From the NCBI RefSeq assembly GCF_036971445.1, contig NW_027211801.1, positions 558,001-622,000 on the forward strand: a stretch of DNA of 64,000 bases, read 5' to 3'. This document shows, in pieces, positions 25,785 through 38,110 of the stretch. The position numbers and the translations under genes are program-made. The stretch is from Narcine bancroftii (lineage: Eukaryota). Position 1 is the stretch's first letter. Every line of letters starts with the position of its first letter. Under the pieces are notes generated by a model. It was not told the DNA's origin, searched no databases, and was given only the letters and a program-made list of their open reading frames with translations.

Positions 25785-27430
25785 TTTATTTAAAATCTAA
25801 ATCCACAAAAAAATACATAATATTAACATACAAATTTTTCCCCCCGTATATACCCCCTCCCTTAGTTCCCTTCCATCTTCTACAAACCCAAACAAAAAAA
25901 AAACAAACCACCATAGCCATGTTCGATGTCACCAATCAACCATTACATATTTAGACCCATACATTTCATAATCCCTGCACATTCACAAAAAAAGGTATAC
26001 AGATGAAATAAATTGTAAATTATATTTTCCAATGGAATACAGGATTCCAATCATATGCCATCTCTGAATACTTAATTCAATTTCATCCTTTCAGGTTATA
26101 GCTTTACATTTTCTCACGACTGACGATGCCAACCGAATAAATGCAATTTGAAATGTATTTTCAAACTCCATTTTTTTAATATGACCGAATAAAATACTAA
26201 CGGGTCTAATGAAAGCTTAAATTTAAACAACTGCTGCAAAAATACACTAGTCCCATTCCAAAAGCGTTTCACCTTCTCACATAACCAGAGTGAATGTAAA
26301 ACAGACCCTATCTCTTCCCCACATTGAAAAGACATATCCAAAGAGATAAATCCATATCTCTTCAACTTCTCAGGAGTTAAGTAAAGTTGATGAATAAAAT
26401 TATAATCAACGTATCTATATCTTACTGTCCTCACATATTGTCATCCAACCATCCTGAGAAATTGAAACAGACAAATCCGCCTCCCTCTTCCTTCTCGCTT
26501 TATAAATACCCGACCTGGGCATCTTATTTTGTAATAAAGCATACATTTCTGTAATTAATTTGTTTCCCTCCCTTCAATAATTAAACATTCAACTCTAGTC
26601 CTTCTAGGTAATCTCAAACGGTGTCCAAAATTATCCAGTAACAAAGCATGGACATGATAGTAAGTAAACAATGTATTTGAAGGCATTCCATATTTGTCCA
26701 ACAATCTTTGAAATGAAACAAAATATAACAACTCATCATAACAATCTTTGACCAATATAATACATTTCTTTCCCCAAATTTTCAGGAATACATTATTTAT
26801 TGAAAAAGAAAGAGGGCTGAAATTCTACCTTCAGTACCAATAGCAACATTTGTCTTTTACCATAATTCCATCAAATGTTTTAAACTAATAAATTATAATT
26901 TGGAAAAGTTGAGGATTCTATTGATAAATAAACTGCTTCATTCTTTGTTCATAAATCTGAGCCCTTTGAATTTTAGCTCAACTTAAAGATTGTTGTGATT
27001 CAAACATTCTATTAATAAACTTTAAATGTTCCGCTTCATAATAATTCTGAATATGTGGGAATTATAAAACTCCAAGTCAATTTTTGTGGAGACACTCTTG
27101 CCAATTTACCTTTCCATAAAAATGATCTTACACGCGCATTTAAATCCTTAAATAACTTTCTAGAAATCCTACATGGAATCAATTGAATAAAATACTGAAT
27201 ATAGAGGAAACATTCATTTTAAAAAGCTGTCGTTCTGGACACAACCAAGAAAGTCAAAGGACACCCCTGTCTAGCTGATCTAGATAATATAAAGAAAGAA
27301 GATACTTGTCCATTCGTCCCCACTCTTGCCAATGGATTTTTATATAAGGCCTTCACCCAACCAATAAAGAGTGGCCCAAATTTAAATTTTCGCAAATCCT
27401 TAAACAAAAATCCCCATTCCACTCTGTCTA
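25785..27430 (-). mobile_element. L1 ORF2 fragments with 3' UTR, internally deleted
   Basis: EWGFLF..L.KFKFG...RQGCPL; YNFIHQLYLTPEKL. Confidence 0.8.
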
Positions 27431-27570
27431 CAAGGTAACCTTGATCAGAGAGAGGGGTTAGATTAGATGTCTTTTTTAGATTTAATTTTTAGAGTTTTGT
27501 GCTTTTTCTCTTTTTCTTTTGTACTATTTATTTCAATAAATGGGTTTACTATATAGATTATTTCTTATTA

Positions 27571-27970
27571 CAATACAACTCTGATTATCTGAAAGGGCTG
27601 TGACTGGCTGCTGCCGAGAGACCGCTCTCCTGGATGACGGCATGACAAGGGATTCTTCCAACCACTTGCAGGGAGTCAGTGGTGCGCAGTTTGATGGGAG
27701 AGTTGAAGAGAAAAGTCAATAGAGGAAGGTAAAGAAGAAATGGAAAAAGAGAGGGGAGGGAGTTACCTGAAACGAGAACAATCGATGTTCTAATTTCATG
27801 TGGAATGAATTTTTTTTCAACCTGTGAGGTCAGTTTGTCTCTGAAAAATATTTCAGATAAATGAGGATTCCTGATTTGTTTTGGATATCCTCATTTACCT
27901 GAATTTTCTTTAAATTTTGGATAAATGAGGATTTCAGAGAATCTGATTTTGGATCATTGGAGTTGGAGTG
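27571..27970. mobile_element. Non-autonomous Tc1/mariner (Tigger/pogo-like) MITE
   Basis: TA at 27569-70 and 27971-72; imperfect TIRs caatacaactctgattatctgaaa and ttttggatcattggagttggagtg (about 17/24 complementary). Confidence 0.5.
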
Positions 27971-28149
27971 TAATTGTTTTGGAGGTTAACAAGTCATCTT
28001 CAATGTAGTTTCATTTACTTTGTTTTCTTTTCATGTGTCCTGACTCGGAAATGAATGAATTGCTACGTGGTTTTCAGATTTCTGTATGCATGCTTATATG
28101 TTTAACTCAATAAAAGTATTTTACAAAGAACGAGCATGTGGTCTTGCAG

Positions 28150-29200
28150 GTAAAAATCACCGTTAACACTTAATGACTATTTTCGAATCCACGGCAAAGC
28201 ATTATCTTCATCATGTGAACCACAGCAGTTAGCAGAACAAAAGTATCTGGAAAAAGCAAAGCAAAACACCTTACAGGATTGGCCCAATGAACATTGGTTC
28301 GAGGGTTGCTGAAGGCATTGCAACTGAACACAAGGCACAGGGTCAATCCCCAGAGACAATCAGATCTCACACCTATAGACAATACACTCAAGGCTGAGGC
28401 TTCTGACTTGTATTTTTTTTCTTTGGCTTGGCTTCGCGGACGAAGATTTATGGAGGGGGTAAAAAGTCCACGTCAGCTGCAGGCTCGTTTGTGGCTGACC
28501 AGTCCGATGCGGGACAGGCAGACACGATTGCAGCGGTTGCAAGGGAAAATTGGTTGGTTGGGGTTGGGTGTTGGGTTTTTCCTCCTTTGCCTTTTGTCAG
28601 TGAGGTGGGCTCTGCGGTCTTCTTCAAAGGAGGCTGCTGCCCGCCAAACTGTGAGGCGCCAAGATGCACGGTTTGAGGCGTTATCAGCCCACTGGCGGTG
28701 GTCAATGTGGCAGGCACCAAGAGATTTCTTTAGGCAGTCCTTGTACCTTTTCTTTGGTGCACCTCTGTCACGGTGGCCAGTGGAGAGCTCGCCATATAAT
28801 CCGATCTTGGGAAGGCGATGGTCCTCCATTCTGGAGACGTGACCCATCCAGCGCAGCTGGATCTTCAGCAGCGTGGACTCGATGCTGTCGACCTCTGCCA
28901 TCTCGAGTACCTCGACGTTAGGGGTGTGAGCGCTCCAATGGATGTTGAGGATGGAGCGGAGACAACGCTGGTGGAAGCGTTCTAGGAGCCGTAGGTGGTG
29001 TCGGTAGAGGACCCATGATTCGGAGCCGAACAGGAGTGTGGGTATGACAACGGCTCTGTATACGCTTATCTTTGTGAGGTTTTTCAGTTGGTTGTTTTTC
29101 CAGACTCTTTTGTGTAGTCTTCCAAAGGCGCTATTTGCGAGTCTGTTGTCTATTTGATGAAAGGTAAACCACGGACTCTTGGTGCATCTTTACGAAGAAC
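28150..29200 (+). pseudogene. Possible degenerate Ig-superfamily V-set exon (CD2/SLAM-like) split by the RTE at 28416-29150
   Basis: Acceptor ttgcag at 28144-28149; frameshifted motifs SIWKKQSKTPYRI, EHK-HRV, NTLKAEASDLY|LMK; several frameshifts are required. Confidence 0.35.
28416..29150 (-). mobile_element. RTE LINE, 5'-truncated
   Basis: ORF 28473-28901 nearly identical to 63539-63967; flanking tattt repeats. Confidence 0.92.
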
Positions 29201-29731
29201 ATGATTGATTTGGATTCAGCCACAAAACCAGGACTCCCATCTTTCATCTCATTTAGATGAGAAAGATCCCAGGCATAAACCAAAGTAAAGGGCACGTTCT
29301 TCTGGGGGTCCTTGGTTAATATTTAGTCTTAAATCACCACAGCAGAAACACTCCAGTACAGTACAGGCCCCTCAGCCCTCATGTGGTGCCAACCCATATA
29401 TTCCTTCCGACAAAAGGCACTAAACTCTCCCAATCCCGAAACAATAAAGAGAATATAATTTCTGCTTTTGACAACCAATTGTTCGCAGAACAAATATTAA
29501 AAATAATAACAACAAGAAATGTTGGAAATAGTCAGCAGGTTGGACAGTTGGACAGGTTGGGAGTTTACAGCCTTTCCTGTTTTTATTGAAATATCCAATA
29601 ATTCCAGTTTTATCATTTACAATTTAAACCTTGGGATTCCTTTGGGCTGTGGAAGGAAATAGAATGTTTTTCATTTTAACACAAAAATAAGACTATCTGG
29701 ATCCATTTATAAAGGAGGAATGTATAATTTC

Positions 29732-32700
29732 TGAAGTGCCAGTTGATGAAGTAGACAAAGACGATGTGGTCAAACAATAATCATGTCTTTCATGAGCAGA
29801 AACTCATGGTACAATAATGAAAGACAATGGGTGCATATACAAATTTATCCAAGGGAAGTGTCCTTAACAGTAGAGATAATGCACAACCAATGTTAGTACA
29901 GCAAGGCTCGCCAGAGGAGAGACAGGCAGCTTGGCAGACATTCACCACAGTCTCCCCCCAGCAGAAGAAGGGTTAAAATCAAAATGACAGCTGCTAGGAA
30001 AGACTGAAGCAAGCGATACATGGATACCATGTTTGGTGTTTAGATACCTTAACAGCCAAAATACGCCAGTACCTAGCAAGCAATCGAAATATAATGAGAT
30101 GTTTTATGAATATGTCAGCCTATCAGGTTATTTATGAATTCTGTTGCTTCGTCTCAAAACAGGTGGCTCCTTTGCAACGTTGGGAACCGATATAGGTCCT
30201 GGGTCTGTTGTATGAGTAGGACTGGCTTCTGGACCCGCTCCAGAATCGCCAACGTGAGGCAGTGGAGCCTCAGCATGGCCATCTGAAAGCTTACTAGGGG
30301 TCAAGGCTGGGGTGGTATGGGGTGAGTCGAAATTCTCAGGCTCCCTCTGATAGGGGTGCGAGGAAGGGGAAAACCAGGTGAGGCCAGATCTCTTAGGGTA
30401 CAGTGCTAGTACTCCCATCTGAGAATTTAACATGAGTGTAGTTGGGGTTAGTATGCAGTAGCTGAACTGGTTGGACTAAGGGGGCTGCTTTACACACCTG
30501 AACATGGCTCTTCAGCAGCACGGTTCCAGGCTCAGATTAACAGGCTGGCCACTCCATCACAGTTCCTGATTTCCTAGGAAAGGCAAACATACGTTCATGA
30601 GGTGTTTGATTTGTTGCAGTACACAATAAAGACTGAATTTAATGTAGTGCCTCTGGCAGCTCCTCCTGCCACCAGGTTACAGGGTAACTACATGTTTTTA
30701 AAGCATTGCAGTCTTCCAGACAGTAGCACTAACCCTTTCAACCTGCCCATTACCCTTTGGGTTGTTGCTCATGGTATGGCTGGTGGCAATCTCCTTTCGT
30801 AGCAGGGCTCGCCGCAGTTCAGCGCTCATGAATGCTGAGCCCCTATTGGTATGAATGTGATTGGGAAAACCAAAAATGCTGAAAATTCTGTCAAGTGACT
30901 TAATGACAGAAGCTGACGAGACGTCAGGGCAGGGTATTGCAAAAGGAAACCTGGAATATTGGTCAATTACATTCAGGAAATATACATTTTTGTTGTTGGA
31001 AGGTAACGGTCCTTTGAAATCCTCTCAAAAGGTTGGGTTGCCTTGATGAGAATGGCCTCCGGAGCTTTGAAGTATTGCGGTTTGCATTCTGCGCAAACAG
31101 GGCAGCTTTTAGACAGTTTCTTGACGTGTTCCAGAGAGTAAGGAAGGTTGTTAGCCTTTATGTAGTGGAAGAATCTCATGGACTCCTGGGTGTCACAGTC
31201 TGCTATGGATCTCTTTTACCCCCTCCAGATGAGCACCAGCAGCAGATCATGACAATGTGTCAGAGGGATCACTTAACCTGCCCTGTCTGTACTGAATCTC
31301 ATAATTATAAGTCGAGAGTTCTATTCGCCAGTCTGCCATCTTATCGTTCTTGACCATACTTTTGTGTTTAGTACTGAACATGTAGGCGACAGATTTCTGA
31401 TCAGTAACAAGTGTAAATTTTCTGCCGACTAAAAAGTGTCTGCAGTAGCGAACAGCTTCAATAATAGTCTGGGCTTTTTTTTCAATGGCAGGATGTTTAA
31501 GTTCAGGTCCGCGTAAAGTGCGGGAGAAGAACGCCACAGGTCTGCCCTTTTAAGGGTTCCTGCCAAGGCACAATCTGAGGCATGAGTTTCCACCTGGAAG
31601 GGACATCCTCGTCAATGGAGGAGAGTGAAGCTTTGGCAATGTCAGATTTAATTCTCTCGAAAGCCTTCAAGGCTATTGGAGAGAGAGGAAATGATTTTGT
31701 GTCAAACAGAGGGCGTGCCTCCATGGCTTAGTCCCAACCCATTTGCAGTAGTAGGAAAAGAATCCCATACACCTTTTAAGGGCTTTTGCTGAGTTTGGGG
31801 GTTCTTACCGGGTCGAGGTAGAATGGGTAGCCCAGAATGGGTAGCCCAGAATCGGTAGCATTGAACACACATTTGCCCTCGATAAATGTAAGGTTGAATT
31901 CTTTAGCTGTTGCTCAAAATTTCTTTACATTGTTGTCGTTCTCAACTTGTGTTTTCCCACAGATGGTGACATTATCCAGATAGGGAAATGTACCCTGTAA
32001 CTAAAACATCCTAACAATCTTTTCTATTTCCCTCTGAAACATGGACACACCATTAGTGACCCTAAAATGTACCCTTTTAAACCGGTATAACCATCCCACC
32101 ACCCCACCATCAGCCTCAAAAGCCGTATGGGGCTGTTCCCTTTTCTTAATGGGGATTTGATGATAAGCTGCTTTGAGGTCGATAGTGGAGTACACTTTGT
32201 ATTGTGCTATCTCTCTAATCATTTCATTGATGCGTGGCAGGGGGTAGGCATCTAAGTTAGTGTAATGGTGGATTGTCTGGCTGTAGTCAATTTCCAATTG
32301 TCTCTTAGTGTGATTTTTCACGACTACCACTTGGGCCTGCCACTGACTCTAACTAGGTTCAATTACTCCCTCTTTAAGCAGTCTCTGGGTCTCAGCTTTG
32401 ATAAACTCACAATCCTCTTTGCTGTAAAAACGGCTCTTAGTGGCAATTGGCTGGCACTCAGGGGATAAATCACTGAAAAGGGAAGAAGCTTTGATCTTTA
32501 ATGCAGACAGACCGCAGTTACTAGCATGGGAGATGGTAAGTGTGGGTAGTGGCCCAACAAAATTTAACACTACTGAGATTGAATATCTAGCCCCAGCAAC
32601 ACAGGGGCGCAGAGCTCTGGCATAATAAAGAGCCACCCATCAGCCAGGCAATGTCCCTGCAAATTTAAAGTAACTTTACACTTGTCCCGTACAGTTTTTG

Positions 32701-33894
32701 TAAATTCACTGCAAACCATCGATATCTTTTGGTTTGCTGGATATCTCCACAAATTGAAGGCTCTGGCAACTCTCTCGTGGATGTAGCTGTCAGTACTCCC
32801 TGAGTCTATGAGACAATCAAGTGTCTCACCATTCACCTCCCCCTTCATAGTTGACATCCCCCAAGCTTTGCAGTCAATTGAGCTACCACAGGGAGTCTCT
32901 CCTTGCCATCACTTGAAGTCGATTTAGCCTGCTGCTCTGAAGATTCCCCCTTTTCACAGTTGTCTTCTATTCCTGCAGCTCCAGGACACATTTTCTTGGT
33001 GCTTCTCTTCTTCTTATCAGTGAGAGTACTTTTCGACTTACATGCTTTAGCAAAATGGCTTTGTTTTCAACAACAGCTGCAGGTAGCAAATCAAGCTGGG
33101 CACTTCTGACTGCAGTGCCAGCTCCTATCACAGAAACAGCATTTTTCAGGAGTTTGTCCTTTTCATTCCTTTGGGGTTCCAGCACTTCTGGATGTTTCTT
33201 TTTCGGTTTCTCGCATTTCACTGGACCGCATGGCACTTCTCAATGCTTTAGTTAAATTGACTGCCCGGTCGTAGGTTAAGGGCTCCATATCCAGAAGCCT
33301 CTGTCGGATGTAATTGGAGTCAATCCCATTGACAAAAGCATCCAGCTTCAAGGCTTTGTGGTATTGTTACACATTGACTGCCCTGACATCACATTCGTTT
33401 GCCAGTGAGCCGAGGGCCAGTGCATAGGCAGCATCACTTTCCCCGGGTTTCTGGCGTCTAGTCAGCAACTGGTGTCAAGAAAGCACTATATTCTGTGGTG
33501 CTGCATACTAAGCAGCAGTAGCTCCTTGCATTAGGGCAAAAGGGACTTCACCCAGCAAAGAGTATCGGTGGCCCCACTCTATCGCCTCATTGATCATGTT
33601 GTTTTGAGTCATGTATTAATTGATACAAGCAATCCAGTGGTTGAAAATTTATCTGGTCCTTGGGGCAGACTGGTCGATTATCAGCCGCTCTGGCTTGAGT
33701 GCTGCATCCATTTCTGCTAATAAAATTGAAGTGAAAGTTAATGAAGTAGACAAAGACGATGTGGTCAAACAATAATCATAGCTTTTATTAGCAGAAACTC
33801 TTGGTACAATACAATACAGTTATATCCAAGGGAAGTGTCCTTAACAGTAGAGATAATGCACAGCCAATGTTAGGACAGCAAGACATTCACGACA
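29732..33894 (-). mobile_element. Gypsy LTR retrotransposon with both LTRs (5' LTR 33727-33894, 3' LTR 29732-29949); gag-PR-RT-RH-IN decayed; self-complementary PBS
   Basis: LTRs start and end TG...CA and align with each other; PPT ctggggggagac about 29950-29961; gag MDAALKPERL from 33711; PR LIDSGSTDSYI; RT LDAYPLPRI..STIDLKAAYHQI; RH AFFSRTL..FTLVTDQKSV; IN CPVCAECK; no TSD seen. Confidence 0.9.
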
Positions 33895-33899
33895 CTGGT

Positions 33900-36800
33900 C
33901 TTCTTTGAAACAGTCCTGAACTCTCTTAATACCCTTTTGATTATTAAACATTTAAAAATAAATAAGCTGATAATGAAATAACAGTGTTTGGATTGGTAAT
34001 TTACCCTTTGACCTAAAACCCTCTTTCTTTTAAACCAAATCCTAAACAAATGTTTTAATTACATTGCATAATTGCACATTACATTCCCGCAATAAATCCA
34101 CATTCCTTTTAAATATAAACTGATGTATCTCAACTTCACATATGTAAGCTATTTCAACCTTTGCCAACTCAGAGGTTGATCCACATCCATAAATCTACTA
34201 AAAAAAAATTCAACTGAGCTGCATCATAATAATTTTGAAAGTGAGATAACTGCAATCAATTTCAAGAATATTTCCACGTAAGTTTATGTAAAACTACTCG
34301 GGCTAATTTTCCTTCCATAAAAACTCCCACAATACCTTATTCAAGTCCTGAAAAAACCCTTTGAAAGTAAACATGGTATAGACTGAAACAAATCCATTTT
34401 AATCCTTTTTAATAAAGGGACATAATTCAATTTATATAAAGACTGGTAGAATGTGTTGACTACCATTCCCATATATTTGATTCTATCTGACCACTTAAAT
34501 TTCATAATACATTTATATTCTGAATCATCTCCATTCCCAACTGACAATATTTCACTTTTAACCAATTAATTTATAACTCCCCAAATTTTAACAAACAATC
34601 TTTTAAATATTTCAAAGACTGTTCCGGTCCTGTCAACTGTAAATAAATGAATCTTATATTCATCCTCCACAACTTTCATTCCTTTAATCTTATCATTTTG
34701 TCATATTGTCTGAGCCAATGGTTCAATAGCCAATGCAAATAAGGCTGGTAACATTGGACAACCTTTTCAAAACAAACACGTTATGTTAAATGGTAAGGAA
34801 ATTTGACCATTTGTCACCACCCTATCAGATGGGTTTCTATATAAAGCTTTAACCCTGCCTATAAAATAAGGACCAAAATTAAACTTCTCTAACACCTTAA
34901 ACAAAAAATTCCACTCGACCCTATAAAAAGCTTTTCCACATCCAGTGCAATCCTGGTTTGGTTGCTGTCTAAACACTTTGACTAATGTTATCAATCTAAG
35001 AACATTATCACATGCATTTCTATTTTTAATAAAACCTGTTTGATCTATATGTATCAACTGAGGTAAATATTTGGCAAGTCTATTCGCTAACTCCTTCGCT
35101 ATCGTTTTATAATCTATATTTTATAAAGATATAGGTCTATACAAAGACACCTTCAATGGATCCCTATCTTTCTTAGGAATCACAGTAATTATAGCACTTG
35201 AACAAGATTCTGGTAACAACTGCTCCTCTGTTACTTGTTGCAGCACATCTCCAAATATACAATATAAATCTTCATCAAATACTTTATAAAATTTAACAGA
35301 AAATCCATCATCTCATGACGACTTTACATTTGGCATTTCTTGTAGAGCCTCTTTAATCTCAAAGTCCATAAATGGTTCATCCATTTCTTTAAACTCGTCC
35401 TCCCCTAAAACAGTAAGTTTAATTTAAATAAATAGAATTTGATAGAACCAGCATCCTGCTTTCCCTCAGAATATATAATTTTTGATAAAATGAATAAAAC
35501 TGATCATTAATTTTCTGAGGTTTATAGGTAAGTGTTGAGTTATTTTCACAGCATTAATGGTTTGTGATGTCTGCTCTGTATTGAATTGCAATGCTAATTC
35601 CTTATGAGCTCACTCACCCAATTCATAATAACGTTGCTTAGACTGATAAGTCTGTAAAGTATGAAATGTAATTTCAACTTCATTAAAGCAGCTGTTTTTT
35701 AATCTTCTATAGTATCTTTCTGGAATTCCTTTTCCAATTCAGCAATTTGTTTCTCAATTGATGAGCTTTCCACCATATATTGCTTTTCAATTTTCGTAGT
35801 GTAACTAATAATTTGCCCTCATAAATATGCTTTCAAAGGATCCCACAATACAAAATTACTACATACTGAATTGATATTCTCAGCCAAAAACAAAGTAATC
35901 TGCTCCTTAACAAAAGTAATAAAGTCCAGTTTCATCAATAACATTGTATTGAATTTCCATCTATAAGATGATTCTGAAACTACACAGAGAAAATATAACA
36001 TAGAATGATCTGATATAATCTGACTTTTATACTCAACCTTTAATATTCTGCCTTGCAGATGTGCCGAAACCAGAAGAAAATCTATTCTCGAAAAGAAATC
36101 ATGTCCAGAAGAATAAAAAGAAAAGTCCTTCTCTGTAGGATTTACTCTCCTCCACACATCAACCAATTCCAAATCCTTCATCAGAGCTCCTATTTGAATG
36201 GCCACTTTTGATTTCATTATACTTTTCAGAGATCTGTCCAATAAAGGATCCAAAACACAATTAAAATCTCCCCCGACCAAAGATTATTACGAGCCGGATT
36301 AAGCAATAAAAAAGCCTCCGACATAAACCATTCATCATCTACATTAGGTGCATAAATATTTAACAAAGTCCATGATTCTGCCAAAAATTTGCAATTAACC
36401 ATTAAAATCCTCCCAGCATTTCATTCAAAGGATTTCAATTCAAACGGTAATTTCTTATAAATTAAAATCGCAGCACCCTTCACTTTAGAATTAAAGGAAG
36501 AAGAAAATACATGGCCAACCCACTCTCTCTTTAATTTCAAATGTTGTTTTTTACTCAAGTGTGTTTCTTGCAAAAAAGCAATATCAACTCGTTTTCGCTT
36601 AATTGGATTATTCAAAGACTGAACATTAAAAGTTGCAAAATTCAAATTAGACATTTCTTAATCTAATAATATATTCCAGTACTATAAGATTATGCTCCCC
36701 TTCTAATTCCCTTAATATTCTAACTCCCCTATATAAAAATTCCAAAAAAAGAAAAAAAAACAATCCTCAAACAAACTACTAAAAAAGAAGTAGCCCCCTA

Positions 36801-38110
36801 AAAATCTGGGTGTGGTGAAACCTACTAGTGGCAGATGACTAAAGGTCTCAGTGTCATCCACAACTGCCCCCCCCCCAGTCAGACTTTCAGAAAGTACTGA
36901 AACAAAAATAATCAACCCAATGATTCCAGTCCCAATGGTTTTTCTGGAGCTTCGATATCAAGACGACTTTGTGTCAATTCAGTTTTCTTCCCATTTTTTC
37001 CATGTTTCCCATTCTTCCCATTTCCATGACTCTTTACCCTCCTCTTAGGTGAAAATGATGACGATCGTCCATTTCCTCATAAATCTGGCAATGAATTGGC
37101 AAAAATTAATGCATCATGATCATTTTCAAAGAATTGAGATCGAACGTTCCCATAAAAAACTTTCAGCACGGATGGATAACGAAAGGCAAATTTATATCCC
37201 TCTCACCACAATACTTCTTTAGCTGAGTTATATTCTCGATGCCTTCTAATAATTTCTGAACTCAAATCTGCATTAAAAAAACACCCTATTGTTCTGGACC
37301 ATTATTCCAACCTGATTCTGCCGTTCTTTCTACACCGCCATTCCCAACATCATTTCTCTGTCCTGATATTTCAAACAACGAATCAAAATTGCTTGTGGTG
37401 GTTGGCCTGGAAATGGTTTCTTCCTTAGTGCTCTATGTGCTCGATCTAATTCCAGACCATCCAGAAAAAATTCCTTGCCCATCACCTCAGGAATCATTGT
37501 CTTAAAAACTTTGTCGGATCAGAACCTTCTATATCTTCTGGAAGACCTACTATTTTACATTATTTCTTCGACTCTGATTTTCTAATACACTGCCTGGCAG
37601 TTCGGGAGTGCGCAGTGTAGCGTCGGAAGACGCATGTGTGCAGTCGGTGACTTTGCTGGGCATGCGCGGAGCGTCACAGGTCCAGGAATTACTGAACAAG
37701 GTGTGGGCTGTGGGGGAGCCCAAACAGCAGCGGGCTGATGCATTCAGCATGCTGTAAACGGGCTTCCTAACCCGCAGCTGCACTGAAGATGACCTATGAT
37801 GTTAGAGGAGGAAGAAAGATAAACGTTACAGGAAGAAGTGGGGACTGACACCAAAGAAAGTAGGTCTCGAAGGGAGGTGATGGAACCTGGACTGGATTCT
37901 GTGTTCACAATTTTGGAAGGGATTGCTCATCAAATGGAATATTTGTCAATACAGATGTCTACACAAATGACTGAAGGATTTATGGAAGTGGAAAGTAAAA
38001 TGACTACTATATGTGAAGAAATGACTTGTATGAAGTAAGATATTAATGCAGTTAAAGGCGATGCTAGTAGATGAATAAAATCAGTGGACACTGTACAAGA
38101 TAACTTTAAA
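33900..38110 (-). mobile_element. L1 with 5' inversion: ORF2 (EN-RT) and ORF1 3' part on minus (33900-37590), upstream ORF1 piece on plus (37590-38110)
   Basis: ORF2 start MSNLNFATFNVQSLNNPIKRKR (36654), GGDFNCVLDP, SRIDF, SDHS; the plus piece EPGLDSVFTILEGIAHQM is homologous to ORF1 at 39991-40518. Confidence 0.82.

Noticed and set aside
31820-31860. 14-nt tandem repeat gaatgggtagccca
   Set aside because: Local slippage duplication inside decayed Gypsy RT
29739-33899. ccagt/ctggt as the TSD of the Gypsy element
   Set aside because: LTR homology extends to 29732, so ccagt lies inside the LTR; the true flanks show no TSD
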